Positions 1 through 13,257 of a stretch of 64,000 nucleotides of DNA are shown here, in pieces; positions within the stretch are counted from its first letter, which is position 1, and each line of letters opens with the position of its first letter. The position numbers and the translations under genes were made by a program. The stretch covers positions 5,828,001 through 5,892,000 of the forward strand of contig CM114271.1 in assembly GCA_050084515.1 (NCBI GenBank). The letters are read 5' to 3'. The DNA is from Blasia pusilla (Eukaryota). The notes below the pieces were generated by a model. The model made no database searches and was not told the DNA's origin. It saw only the letters and a list, made by a program, of their open reading frames with translations.

Positions 1-506
1 AGTACTTCTAGAGATTCTTGGGGTCCCCCTACCTTTTGGAAAGAGCACCCGGGCCCCTCTTTTTGGCCCTCAACCCGACTCTCCATACATTTGGTTTTGG
101 CCCATATCTTGGATTTTTCTTAAACGTTTGCCAAGATATTTGTGCATTGAAACCGGCTCCATATAAGCTTTCCAATGCTACCTTACTTGTCCCAAACGCA
201 TCTTGGGACTAAAAATTATGGTCAAAAGTACAATTGCAAACTCCAAACGCTAGTTGCGTCCCAAGTCCGGTTCTCACCCCTTGGCCGCGTCTCCTTCCGA
301 GACTCATCTTCCCTTAAGTCTGGGTTCCGCATTTGGTTCTAGTTTCCTTAGTCATGAATATAAATGCATGAAACACTTGAAACGCTTGCGTGCTTGCGTC
401 TCGTACTTGTGTTTCTCTGACTCCCAAAGCGCAAACCATCCTAGCGTGAGCTTGCTAGAGTTCGGATGTTTCGCTTGGCACTCGTTTGGTTATGAGGGTC
501 GCGACA
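1..506 (-). repeat. 3' LTR (partial) of the chromovirus
   Basis: On the minus strand it begins TGTCGCG at 506, directly after a PPT; direct repeat of 6370-6822. Confidence 0.88.
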
Positions 507-520
507 CGCACCCCTCTTTA
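507..520 (-). promoter_or_regulatory. polypurine tract of the chromovirus
   Basis: Minus strand TAAAGAGGGGTGCG immediately precedes the LTR start TGTCG. Confidence 0.75.
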
Positions 521-1211
521 GAGATTGATGCCCTCATCAACGCAAACCCTTTAATGTCAAGTCATTTTGGGGAAGCCGACCCCTTGACATCGAATTGCGT
601 TCTGGTAACTAAACGGCAATTCCTCTTTTGCCTTAAGTCTTAGGTTGTCGCTTGCAACACTAAGCATCATTTAGCATCTCCTCTTTGATGAGCCTAGACC
701 GATTCTCAACCGATCTATCCTATCAAATAAGCTAACTAAGGTTGCTACCTAAGACTTCTCTCGCTCACAACTTGTAAACATCTCACTTGTTTACACGGTA
801 TACAATTCGTAATACTTTTGGGTCGCTCTCGTATTCGACTTAGGCGCGTCACTAAGTTCACTCGTGCACACACGAGTAAGATCATCCCAAGCCCCAAGAC
901 AAAGTGATCTGCCCCACTGACGCTAGGGCGAGCCCAAGTGTTAGTTACCCAACACTTTGTCTTGTTCTAGGTACATATCCGAATGGAATCTCTTGCCTCA
1001 AATACTCCTTGTGTATCCTCTTGACTTTACATCCTAAGCATATGAGGAAACACTCATTGCCATGCACTACCAAGGACAAATTGCAAATAACACAAGCATA
1101 GAATCTCCAAATTCATGCATTCCTTTATTGCAACACTAGCCTTTTCTAGTTACAACAGCCTTTAGCCCAAGCTTCCTATGGCACAAGTCATGTCCCTAGC
1201 TACTCCTTGTA

Positions 1212-4200
1212 CTAATGCACGTGCAACCGTTTGAAGTCTTGCAACACCTCTTACGCGTGTTCCACGTCTGCCTCCGCAATCCAAGTCGCCTCTTTCAAAT
1301 GGTAGCCCTTCCACTTGACCAAGTACTCGTACTTGTTGGCCCTACGCCTCAAACAAAAAATGGTCTCCACTTGAAACTCCGGTTCTTCATTCACGATTAT
1401 CGGATGCGGTCTCCACGCCTGTCTTTGCTCGGGACGCTCATTATCCGGAGGATACTTCTTCAAGAATGACACATAGAAAGTGGGATGTATCCTGAACTCT
1501 TCTGGTAGCTCCAATGTATACACGTTTTCAAACAGGTTTGCCTTAATCACATATAGTCCAACATACTTGGCATATAGCTTCGCGGAAAACTCCTTTGGAA
1601 GAGTGAGATTCTTCACACTCAGCCACACTTGTTCCCCAACTTGGAATCTCACTTGACACTTGCTCTTGTTAGCATGCTCTACGTACCTCACTTGAGCCTT
1701 TTCAAGGTTTCGCCTTGCTCGCTCCTAATCTCGCATTTCCGCTAACAAACCTTCTGCCGTGACTTGTCAGGTCTGTGCCGATGTAGTATCTTTGAAAGGT
1801 CCAGGTCAAGAGGCCCTTCTCGCTCACGTCCATAAGCCAAGAGAAACGAAGATTCTCTAGTTTCAGAATGCTTGGTTGAGTTGTAGCATAACTCCGCCAT
1901 ACTCAACTACTTCGCCCAATCTTTCTGGTCCGCGCTGACGTAATTCCTTAAGTACTGGTTCACGAGGGAGTTTACCTTTTCCGTTTGCCCATCCGTCTGC
2001 AGATGGAAGGCCGTGCTGAAACTGAAACTTAGCTTGGCCTTGAACCTCATGAACAAGTGTTTCCAAACGGCACTAGTAATTTTGGATCCTGATATGAAAC
2101 AATACTCCTCGGCAATCCGTGCACGCGCCACCAACTATCCAGGAAGAGTCAAGAAGTCGTACAAGCCGTCATTGAATCCACCGTCGGCACGAATCTCCTA
2201 AACTGACTGAACCGATCAACTATCACAAGTATAGCGTTGTATCCCTTGGACTCTGGAAGACTCGTTATGAAGTCCATACTCATACTCTACAAGGGTCCAT
2301 CCGGAATTGGCAAAGGGTGCAGCAAGCCTTTTTTCTTCGCATAAGAAACTTTGTTAGTCTGACAGGTCACACAGGTCTTCATATATTGAGCAACATCCTC
2401 TTTCATGTTGGGCCAGAAGAGCCTTTTAACGAGAATAGCCAACATGGATTTATCCCCTTTATGTCCTGACAAGGGTCCGTCATGACATTCCACTAACATC
2501 TTGGTTTGCAGTCTGCCTTCACCCGCATAGATCTTGCTCTGCTTGAACCTTACCAAACCGTGCCTCAAACTTATGTTGGCCACCTTCTTTCCCTGCTTCA
2601 ACTTCCTTAGGTACTCACTCGCGTGGGTGTCTTGCATGTATCCCTCACGAATTCTTCTTTCCAGATCTATTTCCTTAGGGAACATTGCTCTCAAGACCTG
2701 TATTTTCAATGGCATGTCCTCATCCCTGCGAATCAATGCATCTAGAATGACATTATCCTTCACTGGCTCGTGGATCACTTGCACATTTGTCAATGCCAAG
2801 GTATCATGCCATCGCAGTTGTTTCGGTGTCACTCGGTCCTGGGTCTCAAAATACTTGAGTGGTACGTTATCGGTGAACATTCGAGTCCTGTGAAGTCCCA
2901 AATAGTGACGCCACTTCCTCAACCAATGGACCACCTCAAACAACTCTTTCTCATGAGTGGGCCACCTCCTCTCGGTGTCACTGAGCTTCTTGCTCTCATA
3001 CGCTAGAGGTCTTCCTTCCTCTACCAACATTCCTGCAATTGCAAAATCACTAGCATAAGTATGCACCTCTAACGGCTTGTCGAACTTCGGGAGCTTCAGC
3101 ACTAGCTCTTGCGATAGGATCTCCTTCACTCGGTTGAACGCGCCATTTACTTCTTGGGTCCAGGTTGTGTTAGCGTACTTCGCGGTCCAATCTATGAGAG
3201 GTCTCAGAATCCCCGAAAAATTCCTCATATAGGTTCGGTAGAGCTGCACCGTGCCGATAAACCTCCTCATTCCCTTCATTGTGGAAGGCGGTTTCCACTC
3301 AGCGATGGCTTTCACCTTGTCCATATCTGGACTAAATCCATCTTTGCTAACCACATGCTCCAAGAACTTGATCTTGCGCAACCCGAACTCACTCTTTTCC
3401 ATATTCGCGTATAGCTTGTTTGCCCTTACTTTCGACAACACCGCCCTCAAGTGTCAAGCGTGCTCCTCTAGTGATTTTGAATAGATGAGTATATCATCAA
3501 TGTAGATGATCACGTACTCATCGGTCTCCTCGTGAAAAATGGAGTTCATCAATGTGGTGAACATTAGAGGCGCATTACACAAACCGAAGGGCATCACGAT
3601 AAACTCGAACGAGCCATATCTCGTTCTACACGCAGTGTTTTCCACATCCGCTTCGGCAATCCGAATCTGGTATTATCCTGACTTCAAGTCAATCCTCGTG
3701 AAGTACTTTTCCCTTGATAGCCTATCTAAGAGGTCATCGATCCTCAATAGAGGGTAATTGTTTCTCACCGTCACCTTATTTAGTGCACGATAATCCACAT
3801 AGATTCTCATCTTTCCATCCTTCTTCTTCACAAAGAGAAAATGCGCTCCATATGGTGACTTGTTGGTTCTAATGTAGCCCTTCTCTAAGAGCTCACTTAA
3901 CTGCTTTTTCAACTCATCAAGCTCCTCCTGATTCAATCTGTATGGTGCCTTGGAAGGTGGTTGAGATCCGGGGATGACCATCTTATGATCGACTGCCCTA
4001 TGTTGCGACAACTCATTCGGAAGCTCATTTATCAAGACATCACCAAACTCCTTGATTACTCTTAGTAGTAGCCCTGGGATTCTCCTCGAAGTCGCGTCCG
4101 GATCTTCTCGCTTCACGCTTGTGATGTCCTCCACTTGTCTCATTAAGAAAAGGAATCCATACTCCAACTCGGTCAGACTCCTCCTCGTAATGGCATTCAC

Positions 4201-4851
4201 CAACTCCTTTCTCATGGGCATCTCGCGAACCAATCTCACCTACACCTGTTTGCCTTTCACTAAGACACTCAACCTCAATGGCCTTCTTCTTAGCTCCACC
4301 TCATACGTATCCAAGAATGTGTTCCCTAAGACTCCATCAATGCCATCCAACTCGCACACTGAGAAATTCTCCTTCAACTCAAATATTGCGCATCCTATCG
4401 TCAAACCCAACACCAACTCGGAAGTTAGATGAGACTTGCCTCCGGCAAAGCCTACTCGAATGGGCTTGTCCGCCTTAGACGTTGACAAACCCAACTCCTT
4501 CATGATTCTTGGGCTTAGGAAGGATTTCAAAGCACTTGTATCCATGAGCAACATTACATCGCAATCAACAATCTTGGATCTTAGGTACACCAAGTTGGAC
4601 GTCCTATTGGTGACTTGAAGGGAGGTCTCTAGACCTCTCGCCGACAAGTGCTTAACGGCCAACGCAATCATACTCCCATTACTAACCTTCAATTTGGAGC
4701 ATCTCTTTGCCATGTGCCTAGGTTCACCATAGTTGTAGCATACCACCTTGCCATTTCCTGACTTCGGATGTTGCGCTCCCTTCGGCTTAGCATGGCGTTC
4801 CTGTCGCTTGCCTCCTGGTTGCATTGAGAGACTCTCCTTGGTCCTGCTCAA
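1212..4851 (-). pseudogene. pol: Ty3/gypsy pol (zinc-knuckle remnant, protease, RT, RNase H, integrase, chromodomain), disrupted by stops and frameshifts
   Basis: ORF fragments: LLMDTSA (PR); [26 protein letters not shown] (RT); ASDFAIAG..HEKEL..FTDN (RH); CHDG..GH..CVTCQ (INT Zn); STAFHLQTDGQTE (INT core); FQVETI..YLVKWKGY..EATW (chromodomain; a premature TAA at 1251 is followed in frame by a TAG at 1212). Confidence 0.93.
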
Positions 4852-4858
4852 CCCTACT

Positions 4859-5653
4859 CTAGACTCTCTTGGGTGCCCCTTTGTTTTTCAAACTCTTGGA
4901 AAACCTTTTCGTCTCAAAGGGCTTTGGTGTTTGGACCTCATCATCCCCAATTCGCTCTACCAGCCTCAAAAGCTCCACGCAGGAGTTCGGCAACTCTAGC
5001 ATCATGTGCAAGGCCTTCTCCGCACTCGGTTTGAGTTTATCGATAAATATCCCTATCTGAGATGCCTCATCTATCTTAGGAATGGAGTTCAACTTTGCAC
5101 TAAACTCCCTCACATAAACGCTCAGGGACCCAGTCTGCCGTAGTCGCATGAGCTCTACCCTATTGCGAATCTCTTGGTACTCCGGGGTGAATCGGTCACC
5201 AATCAGCGTCTTCAACTCCTCCCAACTTAGAGGTGAACCACCGGCCAGATGTTCTTCTCGCTGCGCTGTCCACCACTGTAGCGCATGATCTTTTAGGAAG
5301 GTGACTGCCACTGCCACCTTATCTTGCTCCGCTGCCCTCTGCACCTCGAAGTAGTATTCCATCTCCATAAGGAAATCTTTCACCTTGCGAGAACGCCCCA
5401 CTCCAGTGAATGGCATGGGCAGGTTCCTTTTGCAAATCTTTTTGCCGGAACTTGAAGCTCGGTTTGACTCGAGCTTTGCAATCCGCTTGCTTTGCAAGAA
5501 CACTTGCTCGGTCATCATCTTCATATAGTCCATCATTTGGGCATAGAATGCCGGTTCATTTAAGTTTGGAGCCGCTGGCCCCGCGGGAGGGTCTGTGTTT
5601 GCGACCCCCTCATGTCTGGTGTTCGACACCTCGGTAGATGGAATCTCCTCCAC
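4859..5653 (-). pseudogene. gag: Ty3/gypsy gag (capsid)
   Basis: 264-aa ORF with retrotransposon gag motifs (ALQWW, LRQTGSLSVYVREF) between PBS and protease. Confidence 0.85.
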
Positions 5654-5854
5654 TGGATCCCGATTAGTTCTCGTTGCTTGACTCGACGTTTCCGTGGTTC
5701 ATCTCCCTCGGTCGCCATCTTCAAGCCGCCACACTCAGACCTCCTCCTTATTTCTTGTGTCCCTCCCCGAGCGTTTGGGCCTCCCCGCTACCTTGGGTTT
5801 TCCCCAAGTGTCCGATTGCTCCCATGACCCCAAATTCTTGCTTACCAAGGATTA

Positions 5855-5866
5855 GCTCTGATACCA
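5855..5866 (-). promoter_or_regulatory. primer binding site (tRNA-iMet)
   Basis: Minus strand TGGTATCAGAGC, 2 nt after the LTR end TGACA. Confidence 0.92.
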
Positions 5867-5868
5867 CA

Positions 5869-6822
5869 TGTCATGCGCCTACTCCCTTCAAATGTCAATC
5901 TTAGTGTTGCGGAAGTGTACGTTCAGTAGGACACGCTATCATCGCCAACCTCCACCCAAACGCACTCGCGTTAGTCTGGCTTTGGGTCAAGCGGCCTTCC
6001 AACCCACCAAGTCCTCAACTTGGCAACTCATCAAGCTCAACCTTCCTTCATTCTTAGATTCCCAACACGGGCAAGTCTTCCGAGACTTGGGACAGACTTT
6101 CTGGATAGTCCAGGCACCTAAAATGGCGTTTGCGCACCTAGCAATCCCAACTGTCAAATGGAACTTGCATCAGCCCCCAACTCAGACTAAAAAATATAAG
6201 TCGCGAGTTGGAATCCAAAAGGGACCTCCAAAATCCACTCTATTTGACTTGGTTCGGATTTCGAATCCCAACGCCAAAACTCTTGATCCGTTCCGTGCCC
6301 TTGAGTCGCCCCTTGGCGCCCAAAGTGGGGATCGAGTCCCAAGCACTCTTGGAGACCTTCCCCCTTACTAGTACTTATAGAGATTCTTGGGGTCCCCCTA
6401 CCTTTTGGAAAGAGCATCCGGGCCCCTCTTTTTGGCCCTCAACCCGACTCTCCGTACATTTGGTTTTGGCCCATATCTCGGCTTTTGCTTAAAAAATTTC
6501 CAAGATATTTGGTGCATTGAAATTGGCTCCACATAAGCTTTCCAATGCTACCTTACTTGTCCCAAACGCATCTTGGGACTACAAGTTATGGTCAAAAGTA
6601 CAATTGGAAACTCCAAACGCTAGATGTGTCCTAAGTCATGTTCTCACCTCTTGGCGCGTCTCCTTCCGAGACTCATCTTCCCTTAAGTCTAGGTTCCGCG
6701 TTTGGTTTTGGTTTCCTTAGTCATGACCATAAATGCATGAAAAACTTGAAATGATTGCGCGCTTGCGTCTTGCACTTGTGTTTCTCTAACTCCCAAAGCG
6801 CAAACCATCCTAGCATGAGCTT
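5869..6822 (-). repeat. 5' LTR of the chromovirus (its first ~50 bp displaced by an inversion)
   Basis: Ends TGACA next to the PBS; matches 1-453; similarity stops abruptly at 6822. Confidence 0.88.
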
Positions 6823-7796
6823 TTACATGTATGAGGACTGGGAAGTTGATAAAAATTGCCATTATATATTGAATTTTATCCACATATGCCTCATCTATAG
6901 GATACTCGAGGATCCCCTATATAAGGTAATAGATGGAGCCATTTCATTTATTTCAAAAGGATATACTCCAAGAATTTGGATACATAGTCTATGAAGTCAA
7001 TATGTACACCACTAACTCATACACCTTAGATATAGATGGTGAAAAGAGTCTAAGTTGTCAAGGGACTTAATGAGTTTCTCCACTCTCTTCATAATGTCTA
7101 CTTCATAGATCTTTCACTCAGCTGTATAAGCAAAAGCTTCAACTGATGTTTTTAGTGATAAGGGTTGTTTAGGAGTAGATGGGGATTGGCATTCCTAGAG
7201 ATTAACGCAAGACATGAAAAAAACCACACTTTTCATCTACGTGGTTTTTTTTCATGTACAGAGTTGGACTCAAAGGTTTAAAAAAGAGACTTGTTACACA
7301 AAATGGTTGCAAATAAAAATCATATGAGAAGCATGACCTATAGTTTGGGTATTATTAGCAATAAAAGAAAGAGAACAAATGGAAATACTTGAGCTAATGC
7401 TCGATGAGAAAAAAGATTGTACAATGATAAAAAGTATGACATTTATGAGCATATTTTTACATATGTCAATATGGTAAATTCATAATGTTTTCTTTTCTAA
7501 AATTAGAATGATGGGAATAGATAATGGGGATATCGATATCGTAGGTATAAAGGAATAATTAAATGGAATAAAATTTGTAGTTTTTCTTGTACAAAATGTC
7601 ATTCCTTGAATGTGGGTGCACAAGAGATTAAATTGAATTGAATGCATTAGCCATATCGACTCGAATTGTAAGTCAATCTAGAATATTCATAGTGGAGCGC
7701 AATTATGAATCACTATCTCAAAATAACCAAGGATGGCCGATCTTTTTTTTGTGGAAATAATTGAGTGTTGAAGTCGATATAAAATTGCAAGCAAAG

Positions 7797-7846
7797 TGCC
7801 GCGACCCTCATAACCAAACGAGTGCCAAGCATAACATCCAAACTCT
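7797..7846 (+). repeat. inverted 5' tip of the chromovirus 5' LTR
   Basis: TGCCGCGACCCTCATAACCAAACGAGTGCCAAGC... is the reverse complement of 457-506, the piece missing from 5869-6822. Confidence 0.85.
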
Positions 7847-7951
7847 GCCACAGTCACCTTCACTTACAAATATTTTTGGGAGTTTGGCTTTGGTTTCCTA
7901 TATAATGGTTTTGAGGGTTTTCCAAAAAGATAGGTATGTCTTAATAGATTA

Positions 7952-9763
7952 CTAGTAAGGTGTTTGTGCGATGCACGTGAGAGATGGAGGGTTAATTTTG
8001 TTTTTGGTAATGACTATCCGTAGATGAATCATGCTTAAGTGGGGTGCTAAGTTTAGGGTTACTTTGTAGGTTACTTGGTTTAGAGTATATGAGTTAAGTA
8101 CTCTTAGACAAGGATCAACATAGAAGAGAAATTCATACACATCATCTCAAAGGCAATCTCTAAGTAGCTTCTATTTTTCCAAGTAAAGCTTTACATGTCT
8201 TAGAGCACTATATGAATGAATTAAATCTACCCGTGACCTAGAGCAGACCAAGAAAGGCCCTTTCTGAGGGCCTTTCTTGGTCTCCTCTAGGTCATGGGTA
8301 GATTTAATGGGCCCATCAAGATCAAGTGGTGATCCCCTAGAAGATGGTGAGCCAAGTCTTTGCATGTTCATGTGTGGTGTTTTATGCCGTTTCTTTGCAG
8401 ATGTTGCCTTGGTCAAGCACTCTATCTCATTTCTTGGCCTCCTAACATTGTACTCGGGGGTCCCTTGGACGTATATATGAATGTCATCTTCCAAGGCCTC
8501 CATTGGCATAGGAAAATACCCCTTGTCTCACAATTCAAGCTCTCCACTAGTAGGGAGGGAGTTCTTTACCACGTTTTCAAAGCCTGGAGGACGCTCGTGA
8601 CTCATTCGCTCCCCCCCCAGGGGGATTGATCCCAAAGTGGGACTTCTTCCATTTACTCAAACGAATACATCCTTAGGATATGGGAGACCATTTGGAACTG
8701 CCCAATGGCTCCTGATCAATTAGCTTTATACCGAAATTCTTTTTTTAAGAAGTCAACATGCTTACAATACTCTTTCCCTTTCCTTGGGTGGACTTCTTTG
8801 CTGTTATTCTCGTTGCCATCCTGGTGATTTTTTAGCTTTGATGTGTTGTATGCTTATGTTGAAGTGGCTGCAGGTTGGAGCTACAGTTGAATCTCAAGGA
8901 GCACTCAGACTCGGGAGTTGTAGGAGACAAGTTGGAGTTGCAATTGAATATGTAGGAGCACTCAGACCTTGGAGTTGTAGGATATTGATATGTTGGAGCT
9001 GCAGTTGAAATTGAAGGAGCTCTTGGACCTGGGATCAATTGCTAACAGGAGGTGAATTAGGAGCCGTTGTCTAACCGTGAACTGTTGAAAACTGTTGAAG
9101 GACCTGACGCAAGAGCTGGAGCAGGAAAACACCTTGTAGAGTACTTGAATGCAAGAAAATAGTGACTTGTATGAGTTGAGCTATATGCTACATTAGTATC
9201 TTGCATGAACAACCCACAGTAAAACTCAAATACTCTTATACAACCTACCTAAATTGGACGCATGTTATCGTTTGTATATAACAGTAAAGCTTAGAAGCTC
9301 TCAATTAAGTGTGAATGGCTTCTTATGCTTCTTGCATGAGTAAATGCAAATAAAGACATGGTATTACCTGAGCATAGGTTGAAGCGTGCAATACTGTTTG
9401 GGAGTTTTAAATTCATGTGTAAGAAATAAACACTCTCTTTCCTCAAGATCTATAAAAGCCCTGGTATCTCTTCGAGAAGTGAAAGGACGTTTCATCGACG
9501 GATCTCCCTCGTTGTGTAGATCTAGTTGTCTCTAGTACCAAAATTTTGAATTTGCTAGACAAAAACGGTTATAAAATATTACGGTGGCCAAAGAACCCTA
9601 AGGGACCCCGATACAACGGCTTAAAAAATCTCATCAAACGGTTATAAAATCGTGAAATATGCCCAAGATTGGCCGAGTTTATTTTTTGCTTGGCCCGAAG
9701 TGCCAAGTGTCAGACGCTCGAGTGTTTGCGTGAGGAAATGGCACTCTCCCATAATAGTATAGA
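7952..9763 (-). mobile_element. non-autonomous Helitron, ~1.8 kb, with internal cargo
   Basis: Minus strand A|TCTATACTATTATGGGAGAGTGCC ... CACGTGCATCGCACAAACACCTTACTAG|T: 5' TC, subterminal hairpin, CTAG end, inserted between A and T, no TSD. Ends are shared with the short copies at 23803 and 58873. Confidence 0.8.
8872..9035. repeat. ~57-bp imperfect tandem repeat (about 3 units) inside the Helitron
   Basis: Recurrent GTTGGAG(C/T)T(A/G)CA(G/A)TTGAA...AGGAGC(A/T)CT units. Confidence 0.75.
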
Positions 9764-9929
9764 TGTGGTCAATGTCAAGGAACTATTATATAAAAGAATA
9801 GCACAAGTGGTCCTAGATCTATGGTCATGGGACTCGAGACTACTTGTATTTTTTGTTCCAAATAATGATAATGGGTTTCATTTTATCTTTACTATTTTGA
9901 GTTGAATAAGCAAACTATTCAAATTTCTT

Positions 9930-10640
9930 ATCCATAATTGCCTTGCATAGATGATTTACTAGATTAGTTGAAGGGAGAATTTTTTTTTATGGAAAGTTTA
10001 TCTTCAAAATGCATGTCTATTGGAAGAATCCTATTTAGTCAAAATATGTGTCCTTGACTACATTTTGTACAAGGCGTACACACTTTGAATTATTGGTCCT
10101 TCCTTTTGGACTTACTAACATCCTAAAAATGTTCATGAGTCACATGGATTATGTATGGTTCACATACTTATCAATTTTATTCTGGTTTTATTACAATATT
10201 TAAAATCATAATCAAACTTATGTTAAGCATGAAAACACCTTCTAAACATTTGGAGTCACTCACACTAATGGAATTTCCTTGTAAGCAATCAAAGTGTGAC
10301 TTTTAGAAGACAAAAAATGTGATTTTTTATCCCAAGTATTCATAGTAGGAATTAAAATTGGACAAGATAATATTAAGGCTATCCAAGAATGATTAGTCCC
10401 AAAGGTTCTTTAGGTTCTAGAGTGGATAGGTTCTATGCATTCTATTGGCTTGTTGGTTTTTATCGATGCTCATGTTTATGCATCATTGACCAACCTCTTT
10501 TGAAGAGATCTTATGATATTGGGGTAAGGAGGAAGTGAAGGTATTTCAAAATATAAGGATATTGTTAGTTTTCCATCAATTCCCCAACCATATAATCATA
10601 AATTCATATGCATTTTGGATTTTGATATATCTAATTTTTG
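9930..10640 (+). pseudogene. highly decayed Ty3/gypsy RT relic
   Basis: Manual translation across stops and frameshifts: LPCIDDLLD*LKG, FELLVLPFGLTN, KQSKCDF, AIQE*, IGLVGFYR. Confidence 0.65.
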
Positions 10641-13257
10641 TATTAGAAGTATTTTATAACAGCAATCAAGAGTCTCGTATGGCTTGGGTTCGTTGCATGT
10701 GATTGGGTCCCATATTTTGTGACTCATAAGCAAGTTCTTTATCCTAGAGGTTCATTGGGAATATATTTTGGATTAAATTTCTCTCAAATTATGACATGCA
10801 CTAATTTATATATGGCAGAAATAAAAAACATGAAGTTATAAGGATTTGAACATCTAAAATGGAATTGTTGCTCTATCTCTTGAGCATAAAAAATCAATTC
10901 TTGAACCACTATTAAATAGTTTCTATAACGTTACTACAAGATCAAAATTTGGTAAGAAATCCAAAATACTTTATTTTATCAAAATTGAGTTCTATATGAA
11001 GAAAACGACTTTGTAATTTCTTAATTAAGGTTATCAACTTTGGAGCCCAAATTTGTTCATAAGAGGGAATTTCCTCAAAATCAATAACACCAATAGATTG
11101 TGTTTTTTGTTTTATCGTATCTTCGACCTCGTGATTTCAGCCTTCAAACCGTATATATATATATGAGAGGGTTGGAAAGGAGGAATGGATTGACCTTCCA
11201 ACCTTCTCCGGGAAACCCTCTCCATTCCTCTAACTAGTGCAGGGATGGATCTCTCGAACCCTCTTTGGAGGGAAGGAAGATATAGAGAGGGAGAGACTTA
11301 ATCTCCATCCCCATCTCCTCACGCTTTATGGATGGATGGATATAGAAAACATGGAAGAGAATAAAAGAAGGATTAGAGATAAAGAATGGAGACAATACGA
11401 GGACAAGCCATTATGCATTTCTTTGAAGTACAAAGATACGAAGAGGAATAATAATGAGATGGACAAAACGAGAAAGGGATGAAACCTAATAGAAGGATCC
11501 TACATTTTTTGGAGAGAAGGGAACCATGGAATTGGAGTGGATCCTTTTCTCTCCTCAAATGGATCAAAGATGGACAAAATCCCTAATTCCCTAATTTACA
11601 CAAGGCAAAATATGAATTAAAATTTGTTATATTAATTTTTTTTTTGCTTTGGACATGGTTTTATTAATGAGTCAATGTTTTTTGAAACTTTTTGAATTCC
11701 AATGCCCATCTTATTTTACTCATTACCCTAAAACGTGGGAAAATCTAACATCGACATAAAGGACAAGAAGAAAAGAAGATGGGAAGACTTAGAGATTCCA
11801 TGACTAAGGCCACACTCTTGCATAGGACTTATAATCAAGGTGTCAGACATCAACCTCTTGTTACCTATAAATGTTGCGATACACAATGCCAAAATGAGGG
11901 GGAGAGCATCCATCCATGAGCAACACCCTTCTCTACCCATGGAAGTCGCTCACCATATAAAGCACAACACCCCAAATAACATTGTGATTGGCTATCCTCT
12001 CACCCCCAGTTAGAAAGCGTATGAAATATGAACCTCTAACGAAACTCACAATGATTAGAAAAGGCCCTATTAAAACCAGACGGTTGCAATAAATATAAAT
12101 GATACATTACGGAGGGATGAACCCACGAGTCCAATTCCATCCCCAAGCTTGGACAATTACAAACCCCAAACAAGATTCAAAGCCAAATGGACAAAAATAA
12201 CTAAGGTGGAGAAGATTGGAAGACCAACTCTAAATCCATCTACAAGATAATAAAGCACCCAAAAAACGCATTTTACAATAAATAAATAATAAAATTATAA
12301 GTTTATTTTGCATGGGCATCTATCAATCACATTTCGACATTAACTTTAACAATATAATGCGACTTTGAAACAAATCCAAAAATACGCGGACCATCGGGTA
12401 GATAGCAGATCCCGGTAAGAGCGGAACCAATAATCGGACCGGACTCTAACACGACCCGGTTCTCAGTCCTACTGGAAGATAAGAATAGAAACCCACGGTC
12501 CAAAGGACAGCTGTCGTTTCTTTCTTTCTTTCTTTGATGGCTTGGCAAACCAGTACATGTTAGGGAAAGCAGATATAAGAACTCATGAGTTGGAAGTGTC
12601 AGATGCTGACCGGGCCAGATTCGAATCCTTTTATGAAGTTTTCCGATAATAATAATAACAATAAATTATTACAATTACAATTAGATAATAAAAAATACGA
12701 AGTAATGTAATCTCGTAACTCCGGTTTGCCGTTCCTTACGTCCGTGGATGACTCTGGACAGAGTACAGTACCGGAAACCCCAGTACATCCATTTTGACTT
12801 TCAGCATATCATTAGTTACTAAGTTAGTACTCGTCCCCCCTTTGGGTGAAAGCGCTAGCTAACCCCTGGCTAGAGTCCCATGTAACCGTACCCCGCGGCG
12901 AGACAGCGCCGCACAGGCTGGACTCTGGAGCCGCGGGCTGCCTGGCAATTGAAAGGGCGCTGGTAAGATATGGCGGTCTGGAACTCCAGAAATTCAAACC
13001 TGCCTGCCTGGCGTCGGTTGAATGTGACAGTTAAGGAAGTACGTGGGGGTTAGAACGGGTGAGGTGGCGGAATGAGCGGATTGGGGGAAGGGGAGGGGGA
13101 GGGCGGAAGCCGTATGGCGCCACTGCGATTTGGAGGTGACTGAGAAACGGATTTGGAGGCGGTTGCGTCCGCCGTCCCCGCTACTTTGGCGAGCTGCTAT
13201 ACCGTTGGGGAAGGGTTAGTTTCTTCCTTGTTTCATTTCCTTTCTTTGTAGAGCTTA

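Larger units (their letters stand above)
1..6822 (-). mobile_element. Ty3/gypsy chromovirus LTR retrotransposon (Galadriel-like), decayed; 3' LTR runs off the left edge of the window
   Basis: Minus-strand order LTR - PBS(iMet) - gag - PR - RT - RH - INT - chromodomain - PPT - LTR. 1-453 aligns with 6370-6822. The gag motif PFTG..KVKDFLMEMEYYF..A.QWW, the type I chromodomain and the iMet PBS resemble the Galadriel clade (clade call is inference). Confidence 0.92.

Noticed and set aside
2534-5060. Plus-strand ORFs over the chromovirus pol
   Set aside because: Antisense shadows of the minus-strand coding sequence.
13083-13106. G-quadruplex-like G-run cluster
   Set aside because: Single short motif with no supporting context.
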